Shown in pieces: positions 1-9,048 of a DNA stretch of 64,000 bases (positions are counted from its first letter, which is position 1; each line of letters opens with the position of its first letter). The notes below the pieces were generated by a model that worked only from the letters and a program-made list of their open reading frames with translations, had not been told where the DNA came from and ran no database searches. Source of the DNA: a virus; the IMG/VR virus record IMGVR_UViG_3300010396_000006, positions 1-64,000 of that record; one strand, written 5' to 3'. Position numbers and translations under genes: made by a program.

Positions 1-1
1 A

Positions 2-838
2 AAAGAAAATCCGAAAACGGATGAGAACAAATCGGGATTTGAGTTCAAGTTTCGAATGCAGATGGAACCGTATTTTTATGGTGATTTCGATCCAGAAAGA
101 TGGTCGCTGCTGAATGACTCGAATGTCTATCTCGACGACATCAACGATCGAATTCGAAAACAGGCGAACGAGTACAACAAGATCTCGACGATGATTCAGG
201 GGCTGCTCGATCGAAGTGAGATCTTACATCCACATCCGCCGGTCAAGCTGTGGACGCCGCAAGGGTTCGAGACGTTCATCGAATTGATTTACGACCATGA
301 TCGGACATTGTTCGACGGAGCCGAACCGCCATCGTGGGAAGCGTACAAAGCCCAATGCGGTGAATCGATCGACATTGGTTCTGTAGTGTTCGGTCAACAG
401 GCGATTTGGTATGCCTCATTGCCGACAGAAGTTGATCGGTATGGCCGCAGTTACCATAGTTATGTTCCGAGCCGATACACCGAGGGGAATCCTGGCCCCG
501 GAGAAATTGCCGCTGTTCAAGAGATTTCGCTGAGAGGCAATAAGGTCACGTTCCGCTGGCAGCAGACGCGATACATCTATCGGTCTCGTCGCTGGGAGCA
601 GAGCGGCGAACGGACATTCAACCGATCCATCAGTATTCCCTGTGACAAGCTATTCAACATCTCGGCATACAAGCCGGGCGATTACAAGAAATTCTTCAAC
701 GATCCAAGAACTCGGCAACAGTATTTGAAGTGGGCCGATATCCTGCTGACGGCCGAAGAATATCATGCGGGGAATTTAGATCCTGTCACGTTCAAGAAAC
801 GGGATCGTAAGCCACGAAAAAGGAAACCAAAATCGTGA
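2..838 (+). CDS. phage hypothetical protein, 5'-truncated by window edge
   Basis: Frame is open from position 2 through the ORF-track start at 56 to TGA 838; basic C-terminal tail. Confidence 0.7.
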   Translation, partial: KENPKTDENKSGFEFKFRMQMEPYFYGDFDPERWSLLNDSNVYLDDINDRIRKQANEYNKISTMIQGLLDRSEILHPHPPVKLWTPQGFETFIELIYDHDRTLFDGAEPPSWEAYKAQCGESIDIGSVVFGQQAIWYASLPTEVDRYGRSYHSYVPSRYTEGNPGPGEIAAVQEISLRGNKVTFRWQQTRYIYRSRRWEQSGERTFNRSISIPCDKLFNISAYKPGDYKKFFNDPRTRQQYLKWADILLTAEEYHAGNLDPVTFKKRDRKPRKRKPKS

Positions 839-868
839 ATGGCCACCAACTGACATCGAAAAACCGGC

Positions 869-1261
869 CTAAGCCTGTTTCGCGGCTTTCCTGGCGGCTC
901 GGTCTCTAGCTTGTTGTCCCGCTTTCTTGGCGGCTTCAACAATGTCAGCCGGGCAATCCTTCAACTTTATGTGAACGGTCGTTGCATGGCATCCTTGAAC
1001 AACGCCGATCTCTTCGTTGGACGCTCCCTTACGGAGCATCTTCAAGGCAAGCTCGGTGTCAAATTCTTTCTTCTTGCGACCAGACTTGCCCGAGGCGCGG
1101 GCCGCGGCCTGCATTCGCGAGATCGTCTTGAATCGCTGGTTGAGATATTCGCAGACTTCGTTGACAGCACGGCTGAGAGATTCAACGGCTGTCTTCGATC
1201 GAGTGACATAAACCGCATTCGCAGCGGTTTGAAGTTGTTGGGCGAGTGGATGCTGATCCAT
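869..1261 (-). CDS. small HTH-like DNA-binding protein (candidate repressor); only convincing minus-strand gene
   Basis: ATG at 1261 preceded by AAGGA on the minus strand; HTH-like segment ALKMLRKGASNEEIGVVQGCHATTVHIKL; divergent from the promoter at 1312. Confidence 0.65.
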   Translation of the reverse strand: MDQHPLAQQLQTAANAVYVTRSKTAVESLSRAVNEVCEYLNQRFKTISRMQAAARASGKSGRKKKEFDTELALKMLRKGASNEEIGVVQGCHATTVHIKLKDCPADIVEAAKKAGQQARDRAARKAAKQA

Positions 1262-1293
1262 GATGCTTGGTTCCTTAAAATGAGGACAATGGG

Positions 1294-1371
1294 AAATCAT
1301 ACTGATTATTCTTGACGTCGCAAGCCGATTCGGTTACGGTTCGCAACCCCACCACGGTCAGTAACACGCGG
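1294..1371 (+). promoter_or_regulatory. sigma70-like promoter with operator palindrome and CAGTAAC leader hairpin
   Basis: AAATC-ATACT-GATTA 1294-1308; TTGACG 1312-1317, 17 bp, TACGGT 1335-1340; CAGTAAC 1359-1365. Confidence 0.65.
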
Positions 1372-1388
1372 AATATGGGATTCTATCA

Positions 1389-1955
1389 ATGAAAAAGAAG
1401 TCGACGCGGAAGCCATCCGCCAAATCAACAACGGTCGCTGATGAATGTGCGGCCTATCGTGCAAACGGCAATTTCAGCGAATACGTCTGTGAGATCGAAC
1501 CGTTTCTGAAACAAGAACCAGAAATGCGAATTCGACTGCTGAAGAGCCTGAACAGCCCAATGGGCAAAGTGATCGAGGTCCATCACATCTACGGCCGGGT
1601 CAACAAGTGCGAAGAAAGCAACTGGCATACGGCATTGGTTCAGGTCTTCAAGGCGAGTCATCACGATTGCGGACACGATTTCAATCCACTGATTCTCGAA
1701 GTCGTCTCGCTCAAAGCAAAACTCGATCGACAGTGGCAACATGAACAACGCCAGTTGATCGGTTTGGAACCCCCGAACACGCCGCCGAATCGATTGCATT
1801 GGAACCTGCCGGTTCTCGATCTGTTGTGCAAAAAGAAACACAGCAATCCAACGCTCGCCGGTCGAATTGAAGGCATCTTGATTCCGCGCCTATCGGAGTT
1901 CCCGGTGTTCCAGCAGATGGCCAAAGAGATCCTGGCCAAGATCAATGGCGTCTGA
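1389..1955 (+). CDS. hypothetical protein, possible HNH/His-Me finger nuclease
   Basis: 188-aa ORF; EVHHIYGR...HHDCGH His cluster. Confidence 0.5.
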   Translation: MKKKSTRKPSAKSTTVADECAAYRANGNFSEYVCEIEPFLKQEPEMRIRLLKSLNSPMGKVIEVHHIYGRVNKCEESNWHTALVQVFKASHHDCGHDFNPLILEVVSLKAKLDRQWQHEQRQLIGLEPPNTPPNRLHWNLPVLDLLCKKKHSNPTLAGRIEGILIPRLSEFPVFQQMAKEILAKINGV

Positions 1956-1970
1956 TTCAAGGAATGGCCG

Positions 1971-2261
1971 ATGAGTTCTCTGTCTGAACGATATATGCCG
2001 ACCGAGAATGGCGCTCGGCCATTTATGGAGTGGCTTAAAAATGGCGAGTATCGTCATCCGTCTTCATTCGACGCAGACGATCAGGTCCAAGAACTGCGAA
2101 AGATCGTCGACATTGAAGACCAGACGGCTCGAAAGATCGCGGCCAGCATGTTCGACAAGGCCAGATACATGCAGCGCCGTCTCGATGAACGCAAAAAAGA
2201 AATCGTTGCCTTGTACGAATTGGTCAAACAGTACGAAGAAGAACAAAGGGCAAACCCATGA
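1971..2261 (+). CDS. hypothetical protein
   Basis: AAGGA RBS; ATGA overlap with next gene. Confidence 0.7.
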   Translation: MSSLSERYMPTENGARPFMEWLKNGEYRHPSSFDADDQVQELRKIVDIEDQTARKIAASMFDKARYMQRRLDERKKEIVALYELVKQYEEEQRANP

Positions 2262-3019
2262 GTGACGAGCATTTCCTTGAAGACGGTTCCTCAGTGATCA
2301 AGCTGGGTGAGTTCGATGGCGGATTCGTGGTTCAGGAAGTATTCGACAACGGAGATGATGAACCGTCGTTTGGCCAGCCGATGATTGTCAAGAATCTGTT
2401 CGCAGAACCGCCGACAACGAAAAAGCACGCTGAGATTCAGAAGTTGGTCGATCAGGTCCACGAACTGAAAGTTGAACGATCATTGCTCACTGATGAGATT
2501 CGCCAGCAAAAGCAACAACTGGAAACGGCGAAACGAGAAACCGAAGCCGCTAAAAAGCTATCCGAAGTCGATGCCGCCATGAAACTGGTCTATGACTGCA
2601 TCCAAGGCAAGTTCACCCACATTGCCAGTCCGCACGATTATCATCCCAATATCGAACTCGCAAAAGATTTCACGAAGCAGATGCCTTTGTTGGAATTGCG
2701 AGCAGACTTGCAGGACAAAACTGTCCAATGGAAGTTAAGCCGATCATACATGGATCGAGACTATCGACAGAATGTTGTTTTGTGTCAGTCGATTGGCGCG
2801 GCTCGCGACGTCGTGAGGCCGAAAGTGATTGCCAAACTGAACTCCGCCAGAGATCACAGCGACATGAAAGAAGCGATCGCATTGGCAAAGCGACTCGGGA
2901 TTGAAGTCGACGCCAAGTATGAATCGAAATCCGAAGAGTTCCGAATGACCGAACTGGAAAAGCAACGTCAAGAACTCGCCGCAAAGCTACAGGCGACCGA
3001 AGCATCCTTGGCAAAGTAA
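2258..3019 (+). CDS. coiled-coil hypothetical protein
   Basis: 253 aa, heptad-rich; translationally coupled to upstream gene. Confidence 0.75.
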   Translation: MSDEHFLEDGSSVIKLGEFDGGFVVQEVFDNGDDEPSFGQPMIVKNLFAEPPTTKKHAEIQKLVDQVHELKVERSLLTDEIRQQKQQLETAKRETEAAKKLSEVDAAMKLVYDCIQGKFTHIASPHDYHPNIELAKDFTKQMPLLELRADLQDKTVQWKLSRSYMDRDYRQNVVLCQSIGAARDVVRPKVIAKLNSARDHSDMKEAIALAKRLGIEVDAKYESKSEEFRMTELEKQRQELAAKLQATEASLAK

Positions 3020-3022
3020 ATC

Positions 3023-3334
3023 ATGTCTGCACTTCCGCTACGCGCCGCTGAAGAACATCGCATCTATGATTTGCTTCACGAACAAATCGGATTCGATGAA
3101 TTCGGAACGTGGAAGGGCAGCTTCCTTCAATGCACGGAAACCGGATGCGAAGAATATCGAATTCAAGGCAAACTCGGATTCGGCGGCAAGCTACGAAACT
3201 GTCACGGCCGAATCTACATCGATTGCTATCCAGAAGACATCAATCAAGAGCGACAGGTGTTGATCGATCGAGTGAACGCAACTTTCGTTCAATGGTCAAA
3301 AGAAGGTCTGTTGCCGAAGTTCAGGGGAGCGTGA
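3023..3334 (+). CDS. phage hypothetical protein
   Basis: 103-aa ORF in tight operon; EYRIQGKLGFGGK motif. Confidence 0.7.
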   Translation: MSALPLRAAEEHRIYDLLHEQIGFDEFGTWKGSFLQCTETGCEEYRIQGKLGFGGKLRNCHGRIYIDCYPEDINQERQVLIDRVNATFVQWSKEGLLPKFRGA

Positions 3335-3612
3335 TGTCGAATCCGAAAGCCATGCATGCCCAATATCGAGATCCAAAGACTGGCATTCTCGTCATCTACA
3401 CGTCAGCCGGCGTTCGAATGAATGCTCGCAATCCAAAGCGAGTCTGCGATCGTTGCGGAAAGCCGTTTGAAAAACATCATGATGGGTGGGATTCAACAGG
3501 TCTTGTTGTCACTGAGGAAGAAGTGTCTTGCATGCGTGGTGACGACATCGTGAAGTTCTATCATCCAGAATGTTTCGATCAGTTACAAAGCGAAGGTCAA
3601 TCCAATGGCTGA
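3334..3612 (+). CDS. small Zn-finger-like protein
   Basis: TGATG overlap start; CDRC...HPEC. Confidence 0.6.
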   Translation: MSNPKAMHAQYRDPKTGILVIYTSAGVRMNARNPKRVCDRCGKPFEKHHDGWDSTGLVVTEEEVSCMRGDDIVKFYHPECFDQLQSEGQSNG

Positions 3613-4693
3613 AACGACAATCGAATGGACGAATACCATTGATCAACTCGGCAATAGCCATCCGGGTTTCACGTTCAATCCGTGGTCGGGCTGTTCCAAG
3701 GTCAATGCGGGCTGTCAATTCTGCTATGCGGAGGTCAATCGATCAGTTCGAATTCGTGGTGTCACCTGGGGACCGAAAGGAAAACGAATCGTATCCAGTC
3801 CAGATTACTGGCAGAAACCATTGTCATGGAACAAGAAGGCATATCGTCTCGGCGTCAGACTGAAAGTATTTTGCGCCAGCTTGTCAGATGTGTTCGAAGA
3901 AATCGGAACAGACTTCGTGTTCGATCACAAAGGCAATCGGATTTTTCGACAGTTCGACGAGAATGCCACACTGTCGGGAAATCCATACATTGACGCGGCT
4001 GACCATTACCGAGTCGGGTTGCCAGAACTACGAAAGGATCTCTTCAACCTGATCGATATGACGCCGTATCTCGACTGGTTGATCCTGACAAAACGTCCGC
4101 AGAACATTCCGGAGATGTGGCCAAACACTCCTTATCCCGGACTTCAAGGACAATTCAGTTCGGAACCGCATCCGGTGAATAAGTATCGACCGAATGTCTG
4201 GCTAGGAACATCTATCAGCGATCAAGAAACAGCCAACGCGATGTTGCCAGAACTGTTGAAGTGTCGCGACCTGTCACCAGTGCTGTTCACGAGCTATGAG
4301 CCGGCATTGGGTCCCGTCGACTTCACGATGATCAGAGATCCGAACCGATTCCCTGGCTGTGCATACTTCGACGTCTTGCGTGGTCGAATGATCCATGAGG
4401 ACGACGGAAATCGCTGGACGAAAGAACCACATCTCGATCAAGTCATTGTCGGCGGTGAATCAGGTCCCAACGCTCGGCCGTACGAACTTGATTGGCCAAG
4501 GCAAACAATCAAGCAGTGTGCTGAATCCGGAATTGCTTGTTTCCATAAACAACTTGGATCATTCGCTTGGCGAAAATCAGATGGCGGTGGAATGAATGTT
4601 TACTTTCCAACCCGCGACAAGAAAGGCGGTGATCCTGCCGAGTGGCCGGAAGATCTGCGAGTCAGGCAATTTCCTGTTGTGTCAGCCGGATAG
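3605..4693 (+). CDS. DUF5131 (phage Gp37/Gp68) family protein, radical-SAM-like
   Basis: TTIEWT, FNPWSGCSKVNAGCQFCYAE (CX6CX2C), LILTKRP, SYEPALG, VIVGGESG, FHKQLG. Confidence 0.92.
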   Translation: MAETTIEWTNTIDQLGNSHPGFTFNPWSGCSKVNAGCQFCYAEVNRSVRIRGVTWGPKGKRIVSSPDYWQKPLSWNKKAYRLGVRLKVFCASLSDVFEEIGTDFVFDHKGNRIFRQFDENATLSGNPYIDAADHYRVGLPELRKDLFNLIDMTPYLDWLILTKRPQNIPEMWPNTPYPGLQGQFSSEPHPVNKYRPNVWLGTSISDQETANAMLPELLKCRDLSPVLFTSYEPALGPVDFTMIRDPNRFPGCAYFDVLRGRMIHEDDGNRWTKEPHLDQVIVGGESGPNARPYELDWPRQTIKQCAESGIACFHKQLGSFAWRKSDGGGMNVYFPTRDKKGGDPAEWPEDLRVRQFPVVSAG

Positions 4694-4699
4694 AGAACC

Positions 4700-4957
4700 A
4701 TGAGCGACAACGATCAATTCGAGGAAGAACTGGAACGATCAGGTCTGTTCCGTTGTTGGTGCGGAATGATTGGCCAATATGACGAGATGTTCGATATGGA
4801 AATCTTCGAACAGGATTGTGGCGGAAGCGGAGTTCTGAACTGCGAGTGCGGCGGCGATATTTGCACCTGTCATAATCATGGCGAGGTTCAGTGTCCCGGC
4901 TGTCCTGATTGCGAAGAGTTCGACGAAGACATGGACGATTATGACAGATCCTATTAA
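4700..4957 (+). CDS. Cys-rich acidic small protein
   Basis: CGGSGVLNCECGGDICTCHNHGEVQCPGCPDC. Confidence 0.7.
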   Translation: MSDNDQFEEELERSGLFRCWCGMIGQYDEMFDMEIFEQDCGGSGVLNCECGGDICTCHNHGEVQCPGCPDCEEFDEDMDDYDRSY

Positions 4958-5309
4958 AGAACTGGTGTCGAAGATCATCTGTTGCATCCGTGCGGCTCGG
5001 CTTGATCTCTCGGATGAGAAAGCGACTCAACGCGATCTCGCCGAGATGTTCACTCAGGAACGGATTTTCTTCGCCCGTGAAGTTCGCCTATCCAGAGCAG
5101 ACATTATCGACTTCATGATTCAAGGCATCGGCATCGAAGTGAAGTTGCAAGGGGCCGTCAAAACGGCGGTCCATCGTCAATTGGTTCGGTACGCAAAACA
5201 CGACAACATCAAGTGTCTGATTCTGGTCTCGAATCTCAGCATGGGATTGCCACAACAGATCGAAGGGAAAGACGTCTATTTCGTCAGCGCGGCAGAGGGC
5301 TGGTTGTGA
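4941..5309 (+). CDS. small PD-(D/E)XK nuclease-like protein
   Basis: IIDF...GIGIEVK...QLVRYA; coupled to the SNF2 helicase. Confidence 0.65.
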   Translation: MTDPIKELVSKIICCIRAARLDLSDEKATQRDLAEMFTQERIFFAREVRLSRADIIDFMIQGIGIEVKLQGAVKTAVHRQLVRYAKHDNIKCLILVSNLSMGLPQQIEGKDVYFVSAAEGWL

Positions 5310-6988
5310 GAACGTACGGCAAGATTCAACTTACTCCCGATGGAACGAAATGGGTGATCACCAAAGCGGAGCCGCACGTCTCGATCCGATTGAAAACCTT
5401 GTTCCCAAGTATTCCGAAAGGAAATGTCCCGCCATATTGGTTGCCTCACAGTCTGCCTGTTGATGCCGATCTCGATTGGTTCATGATCCGATATCCGCTG
5501 GAGATGTCAGAACAGGATCGAGCGGCACTAACCATCGGCCGCGAAAAGTACCTCGCACGCCAAGCCGAGATGGAACAGATCCTGATGCCGGATTACGTCC
5601 CCGCGAAGTCGGCAAAATTAAGGGAAGGCCAACAACTGAGGCCGTATCAATGGCAAGCAATCGAGATCCTGAAACGTCGCGGAAGCCTGTTGATCAGCGA
5701 CGAAATGGGACTCGGGAAAACTTACACGGCGGCAGGATTCATGGTCAGTCGGGCTGATTCGCTTCCCGCCGCCGTAGTCTGCGATGCTCACATGCAGCAA
5801 CAATGGAAAGAGAAGATCGAATCGTTCACGTACCTGAAAGTATGTCTGATCAAAAAGGCATCTGCCTATAGTTTGCCGGCGGCGGACGTCTACGTATTCC
5901 GAATCAGTCAGGTTGCCGGATGGTCAGAGATCTTCGATACCGGGTTTTTCCAATCGGTGACATACGATGAGCCTCAATCATTGAGGACGGGAACATCAAC
6001 CAGCAAAGGAACCGCCTGCAAGATTCTGTCCAAGAACACAAAGTATCGTTGCGGGCTGAGTGCTACGCCGGTTTTCAACTATGGCGATGAAATGTGGCGG
6101 ATTCTCCAATTCATCGACGATGCCGTTTTGGGATCATGGGATGATTTTGCGAGGGAATGGTGCTACCCAATGGGCAACGGAAAATTCCGCGTTGATAATC
6201 CAAAGGCCCTTGGGTCATACCTTCGCGAACAGCATGCGATGTTGAGGCGCACAAAAGCGGATATTGGTCAGCAATTGCCGAAAGTGTCCCGAATCGTCGA
6301 ACACGTTGACTATGACGAAAAGGCCGTTCAAGCCGTCGAGGATCTGGCTTGCATGCTGGCAGTCAAAGCGACTACAGCCAGTTTCGTTGAACGAGGGAAT
6401 GCCGTCAGGGAATTGGACGTCATGGTTAGGCAGGCAACGGGGATTTCCAAAGCGAAGACTGTTGCGACATTCAGCAGGATGATCGTCGAAGCCGGTGAAC
6501 CGATCATCCTATGGGGTTGGCATCGCGGGGTCTATGAAATCTGGAATCAAGAACTAGCCGATCTCAATCCCGCCATGTACACGGGAAGTGAATCAGCATC
6601 GCAGAAGCAAAAAGCGAAAGACAAATTTCTGAACGGTGAAACCGACGTATTGATCATGTCGCTGCGAAGCGGGGCCGGGGTTGATGGACTGCAAAAGCGA
6701 TGTTGTACTGGCATCTTCGGTGAATTGGATTGGTCCCCTGGGATTCATGCCCAATGCATCGGACGTCTCGATCGAGAAGGCCAAGAGAACCCCGTGACGG
6801 CATTCTTCCTTGTGGTCGATGATGGAAGCGATCCGCCGATCATGGATGTGTTGGGAATCAAAGCGTCAGAAGCATCCTCAATCATCGATCCGCATTTGGG
6901 CGTGGAGATGAAAGAGAACGACACCAGTCGATTGCAAAAGCTGGTTGAGCGATATTTAGATCGAAAGAAGTCAAAGTCGGTAGCGTGA
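5306..6988 (+). CDS. SNF2-family helicase/ATPase
   Basis: LRPYQ, DEMGLGKT (Walker A), YDEPQ, LSATP, GAGVDGLQ, QCIGRLDREGQ; GTG start overlaps upstream TGA. Confidence 0.9.
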   Translation: MRTYGKIQLTPDGTKWVITKAEPHVSIRLKTLFPSIPKGNVPPYWLPHSLPVDADLDWFMIRYPLEMSEQDRAALTIGREKYLARQAEMEQILMPDYVPAKSAKLREGQQLRPYQWQAIEILKRRGSLLISDEMGLGKTYTAAGFMVSRADSLPAAVVCDAHMQQQWKEKIESFTYLKVCLIKKASAYSLPAADVYVFRISQVAGWSEIFDTGFFQSVTYDEPQSLRTGTSTSKGTACKILSKNTKYRCGLSATPVFNYGDEMWRILQFIDDAVLGSWDDFAREWCYPMGNGKFRVDNPKALGSYLREQHAMLRRTKADIGQQLPKVSRIVEHVDYDEKAVQAVEDLACMLAVKATTASFVERGNAVRELDVMVRQATGISKAKTVATFSRMIVEAGEPIILWGWHRGVYEIWNQELADLNPAMYTGSESASQKQKAKDKFLNGETDVLIMSLRSGAGVDGLQKRCCTGIFGELDWSPGIHAQCIGRLDREGQENPVTAFFLVVDDGSDPPIMDVLGIKASEASSIIDPHLGVEMKENDTSRLQKLVERYLDRKKSKSVA

Positions 6989-6993
6989 AAGGG

Positions 6994-7298
6994 AAAACCA
7001 TTTGATCAATCGGACATGATGAACGGTAGACCGTTTACTGACCGAAGACCGCAACGCCGTGGGATCGAAAGTGAAATCGGTAAAAAAGTATTCGGAAGGG
7101 GCGATTGGGACGGAGCGATATTCCGATGCCGGTACAGGTATGGTGTGCGTTGCGGTGAATGTCACACGTCAGCGACGAAGCCCAGCCGGCAGCGACCGGA
7201 GCCGCACACAACGGCTTTCATGGATAGCGGTGATGCATGCAATTGCGAATCCATGACGCAGGGCTGTCCTAGCTTTGTCCGATTGATCAAGTGGTTTT
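6994..7298 (+). ncRNA. candidate ~305-nt multibranch structured RNA, family unassigned
   Basis: 23-bp terminal stem 6994-7016/7276-7298 (one G-U) enclosing at least eight nested helices, e.g. 7048-7057/7147-7156 and 7218-7225/7249-7256. Confidence 0.65.
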
Positions 7299-7326
7299 AG
7301 AAGCGAACTTTTAACAAGGTGCAATT

Positions 7327-8064
7327 ATGCTGGAACGAGTGACATTGACGGGCGCAGACAACACGGTCGAACCGAGCGAACTGCGAAAACTGAGCGAGGA
7401 TTTCCCGTTTGTCGAGTGGGGGATTCTGATCGGGACTCGCTTAAAGGCTCATCGAATGCCAGATGTTGATTGGATTCATCAACTGGTTGAAGAACGATTC
7501 CAAACGAACAACACAATGAATCTGTCGCTTCATATCTGCGGCCAACGATTGCGATCCATCGCGAATGGCCGACCTGATTTGAATGTGACAGTAGGCCATC
7601 AATTTATGGCGTTCTCTCGTGTGCAACTGAATTGGCATGCTGAACGATATGCGGCCGACGTCACTGAAAGCATGGCGGAAAACATTCTCACATCGTTCTG
7701 CCAAATGGGTGTGAGTGGATGGGAACCGGAATTGATCTTTCAGCTTGATGGGGTCAACGAAGATCTCTGCAAAGCCGTGATGCGTCGTTTTCGTTGTAGT
7801 GGATTATTTGATCGATCTCACGGTGCAGGCATTCTTCCCGGTGAATGGCCAAGATCACGGACCGATATGGCATGCGGTTGGGCCGGTGGCTTAGGTCCTG
7901 ACAATGTGGTCGAAGAGTTCCAGAAGATCCGTAAGCAGGCGTTCGGACCGTTCTGGATCGACATGGAAACCAAACTCTACAACGAAGACCGGACATTCAG
8001 CTTGGAAAAGTGCCGCAGTGTTCTGACTCAGATGAAACCATTCGTTGGATCGGACGCGGATTGA
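7327..8064 (+). CDS. phosphoribosylanthranilate isomerase-like TIM-barrel protein
   Basis: VTLTGAD, VEWGIL, LFDRSHGAG, GWAGGLGPDNV, FWIDMET. Confidence 0.75.
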   Translation: MLERVTLTGADNTVEPSELRKLSEDFPFVEWGILIGTRLKAHRMPDVDWIHQLVEERFQTNNTMNLSLHICGQRLRSIANGRPDLNVTVGHQFMAFSRVQLNWHAERYAADVTESMAENILTSFCQMGVSGWEPELIFQLDGVNEDLCKAVMRRFRCSGLFDRSHGAGILPGEWPRSRTDMACGWAGGLGPDNVVEEFQKIRKQAFGPFWIDMETKLYNEDRTFSLEKCRSVLTQMKPFVGSDAD

Positions 8065-8390
8065 TGGCCACCAGAACAATCACAATCGAAGTCGATGAAC
8101 TCGACGAAGCGACAATCCTGAATACGATTGCCAAGTATCAGGCCAAGTCACATGCGGCGGGCGGAGAAAATTGGTTGCCGGAAGGCGAATCTGACATTCG
8201 CGGCGCAACGCTGGCGGAGATCTGCCGAGCGTATCAGGAATACCACGACACTTGGAAACCGAGATTGCCGTTGAATCACGCAGTCCGGATCAAGGAAGCG
8301 ATTGAACGGAGAATCGAATCCATTCCCGGTGACGTCAATAAAGCTGACATGCGTGAAGTTCTGGAAAAGTTCATTGAGTACATGACATAA
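8064..8390 (+). CDS. hypothetical protein
   Basis: TGATG coupling. Confidence 0.65.
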   Translation: MATRTITIEVDELDEATILNTIAKYQAKSHAAGGENWLPEGESDIRGATLAEICRAYQEYHDTWKPRLPLNHAVRIKEAIERRIESIPGDVNKADMREVLEKFIEYMT

Positions 8391-8401
8391 AGGGGAAGTC
8401 T

Positions 8402-8740
8402 GTGGAAATCAACGTCAACATCGATAAAGACGCAGTTGAGCAACAAGTGGTCAATGCCATCATGGCGAGTGCCATCGGAGAGCAATTGCAAGTCGCGATC
8501 AACAAGGCGCTGACAACGGCGGGTCCGGGATATGGAGGAAAAACGCTCGTGGCGACGGTTGTCGATCAAGTCTTGTTAGAGAAAATTCGAGAGATTGCAA
8601 ACCAGATCATCGAATCGAAGAAAGAGGAAATGCGAACCCAAATCGCCAACACTCTGACCGACGAAGTGATCAGCAAAATGTCAACGGCAGTTTGGGCCGT
8701 GATGATCGGCCGGCTCGGCAAAGTGGATGATCGGTATTGA
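8402..8740 (+). CDS. hypothetical protein
   Basis: GTG start with AGGGG RBS. Confidence 0.7.
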   Translation: MEINVNIDKDAVEQQVVNAIMASAIGEQLQVAINKALTTAGPGYGGKTLVATVVDQVLLEKIREIANQIIESKKEEMRTQIANTLTDEVISKMSTAVWAVMIGRLGKVDDRY

Positions 8741-8754
8741 GGCTGGTGAATTAA

Positions 8755-9048
8755 ATGGCCAAAACAGACGAAGAGCGCCGCGCCTATGCCAAAGGATACC
8801 ATGCCGGCCGTTCCGGTTACTGGCCCGAGGGAGTTCCGCCAGTTCCTGACGAACTGGTTTTGAAACTGATCAAGGCCGCGAAAAAGGCCCGCGATTTTAT
8901 CGATACGGAACTGGCTCAAATGTACGACGAAGATGGCGAGTTCGAGAAGAAATTCGGACCGGCAATCGACGCCGTCGATGAAGCGTTGAGCGACCTGACA
9001 GAATACGCGATGACCGAGGTCAACAAGACTGAAAGGAGTAATTCTTGA
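8755..9048 (+). CDS. hypothetical protein
   Basis: 97-aa ORF in operon. Confidence 0.7.
   Translation: MAKTDEERRAYAKGYHAGRSGYWPEGVPPVPDELVLKLIKAAKKARDFIDTELAQMYDEDGEFEKKFGPAIDAVDEALSDLTEYAMTEVNKTERSNS

Noticed and set aside
911-1315. 134-aa plus-strand ORF overlapping the HTH gene
   Set aside because: TTG start with no RBS, no motif, and it runs over the operator/promoter; the minus-strand ORF has an RBS and an HTH pattern
7034-7040. TTTACTG in the large RNA as a second anti-CAGUAAC site
   Set aside because: Only 6 nt are complementary and it overlaps predicted helices; could be chance
6994-7298. MITE or self-splicing intron interpretation of the inverted repeats
   Set aside because: No target-site duplication, no second copy, no transposase, no interrupted gene, and no group I P7 or group II domain V consensus
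7016-7300. ORFs 7016-7300 and 7059-7256
   Set aside because: No RBS or recognisable motifs, and they coincide with extensively base-paired sequence; treated as ncRNA, although translation is not excluded
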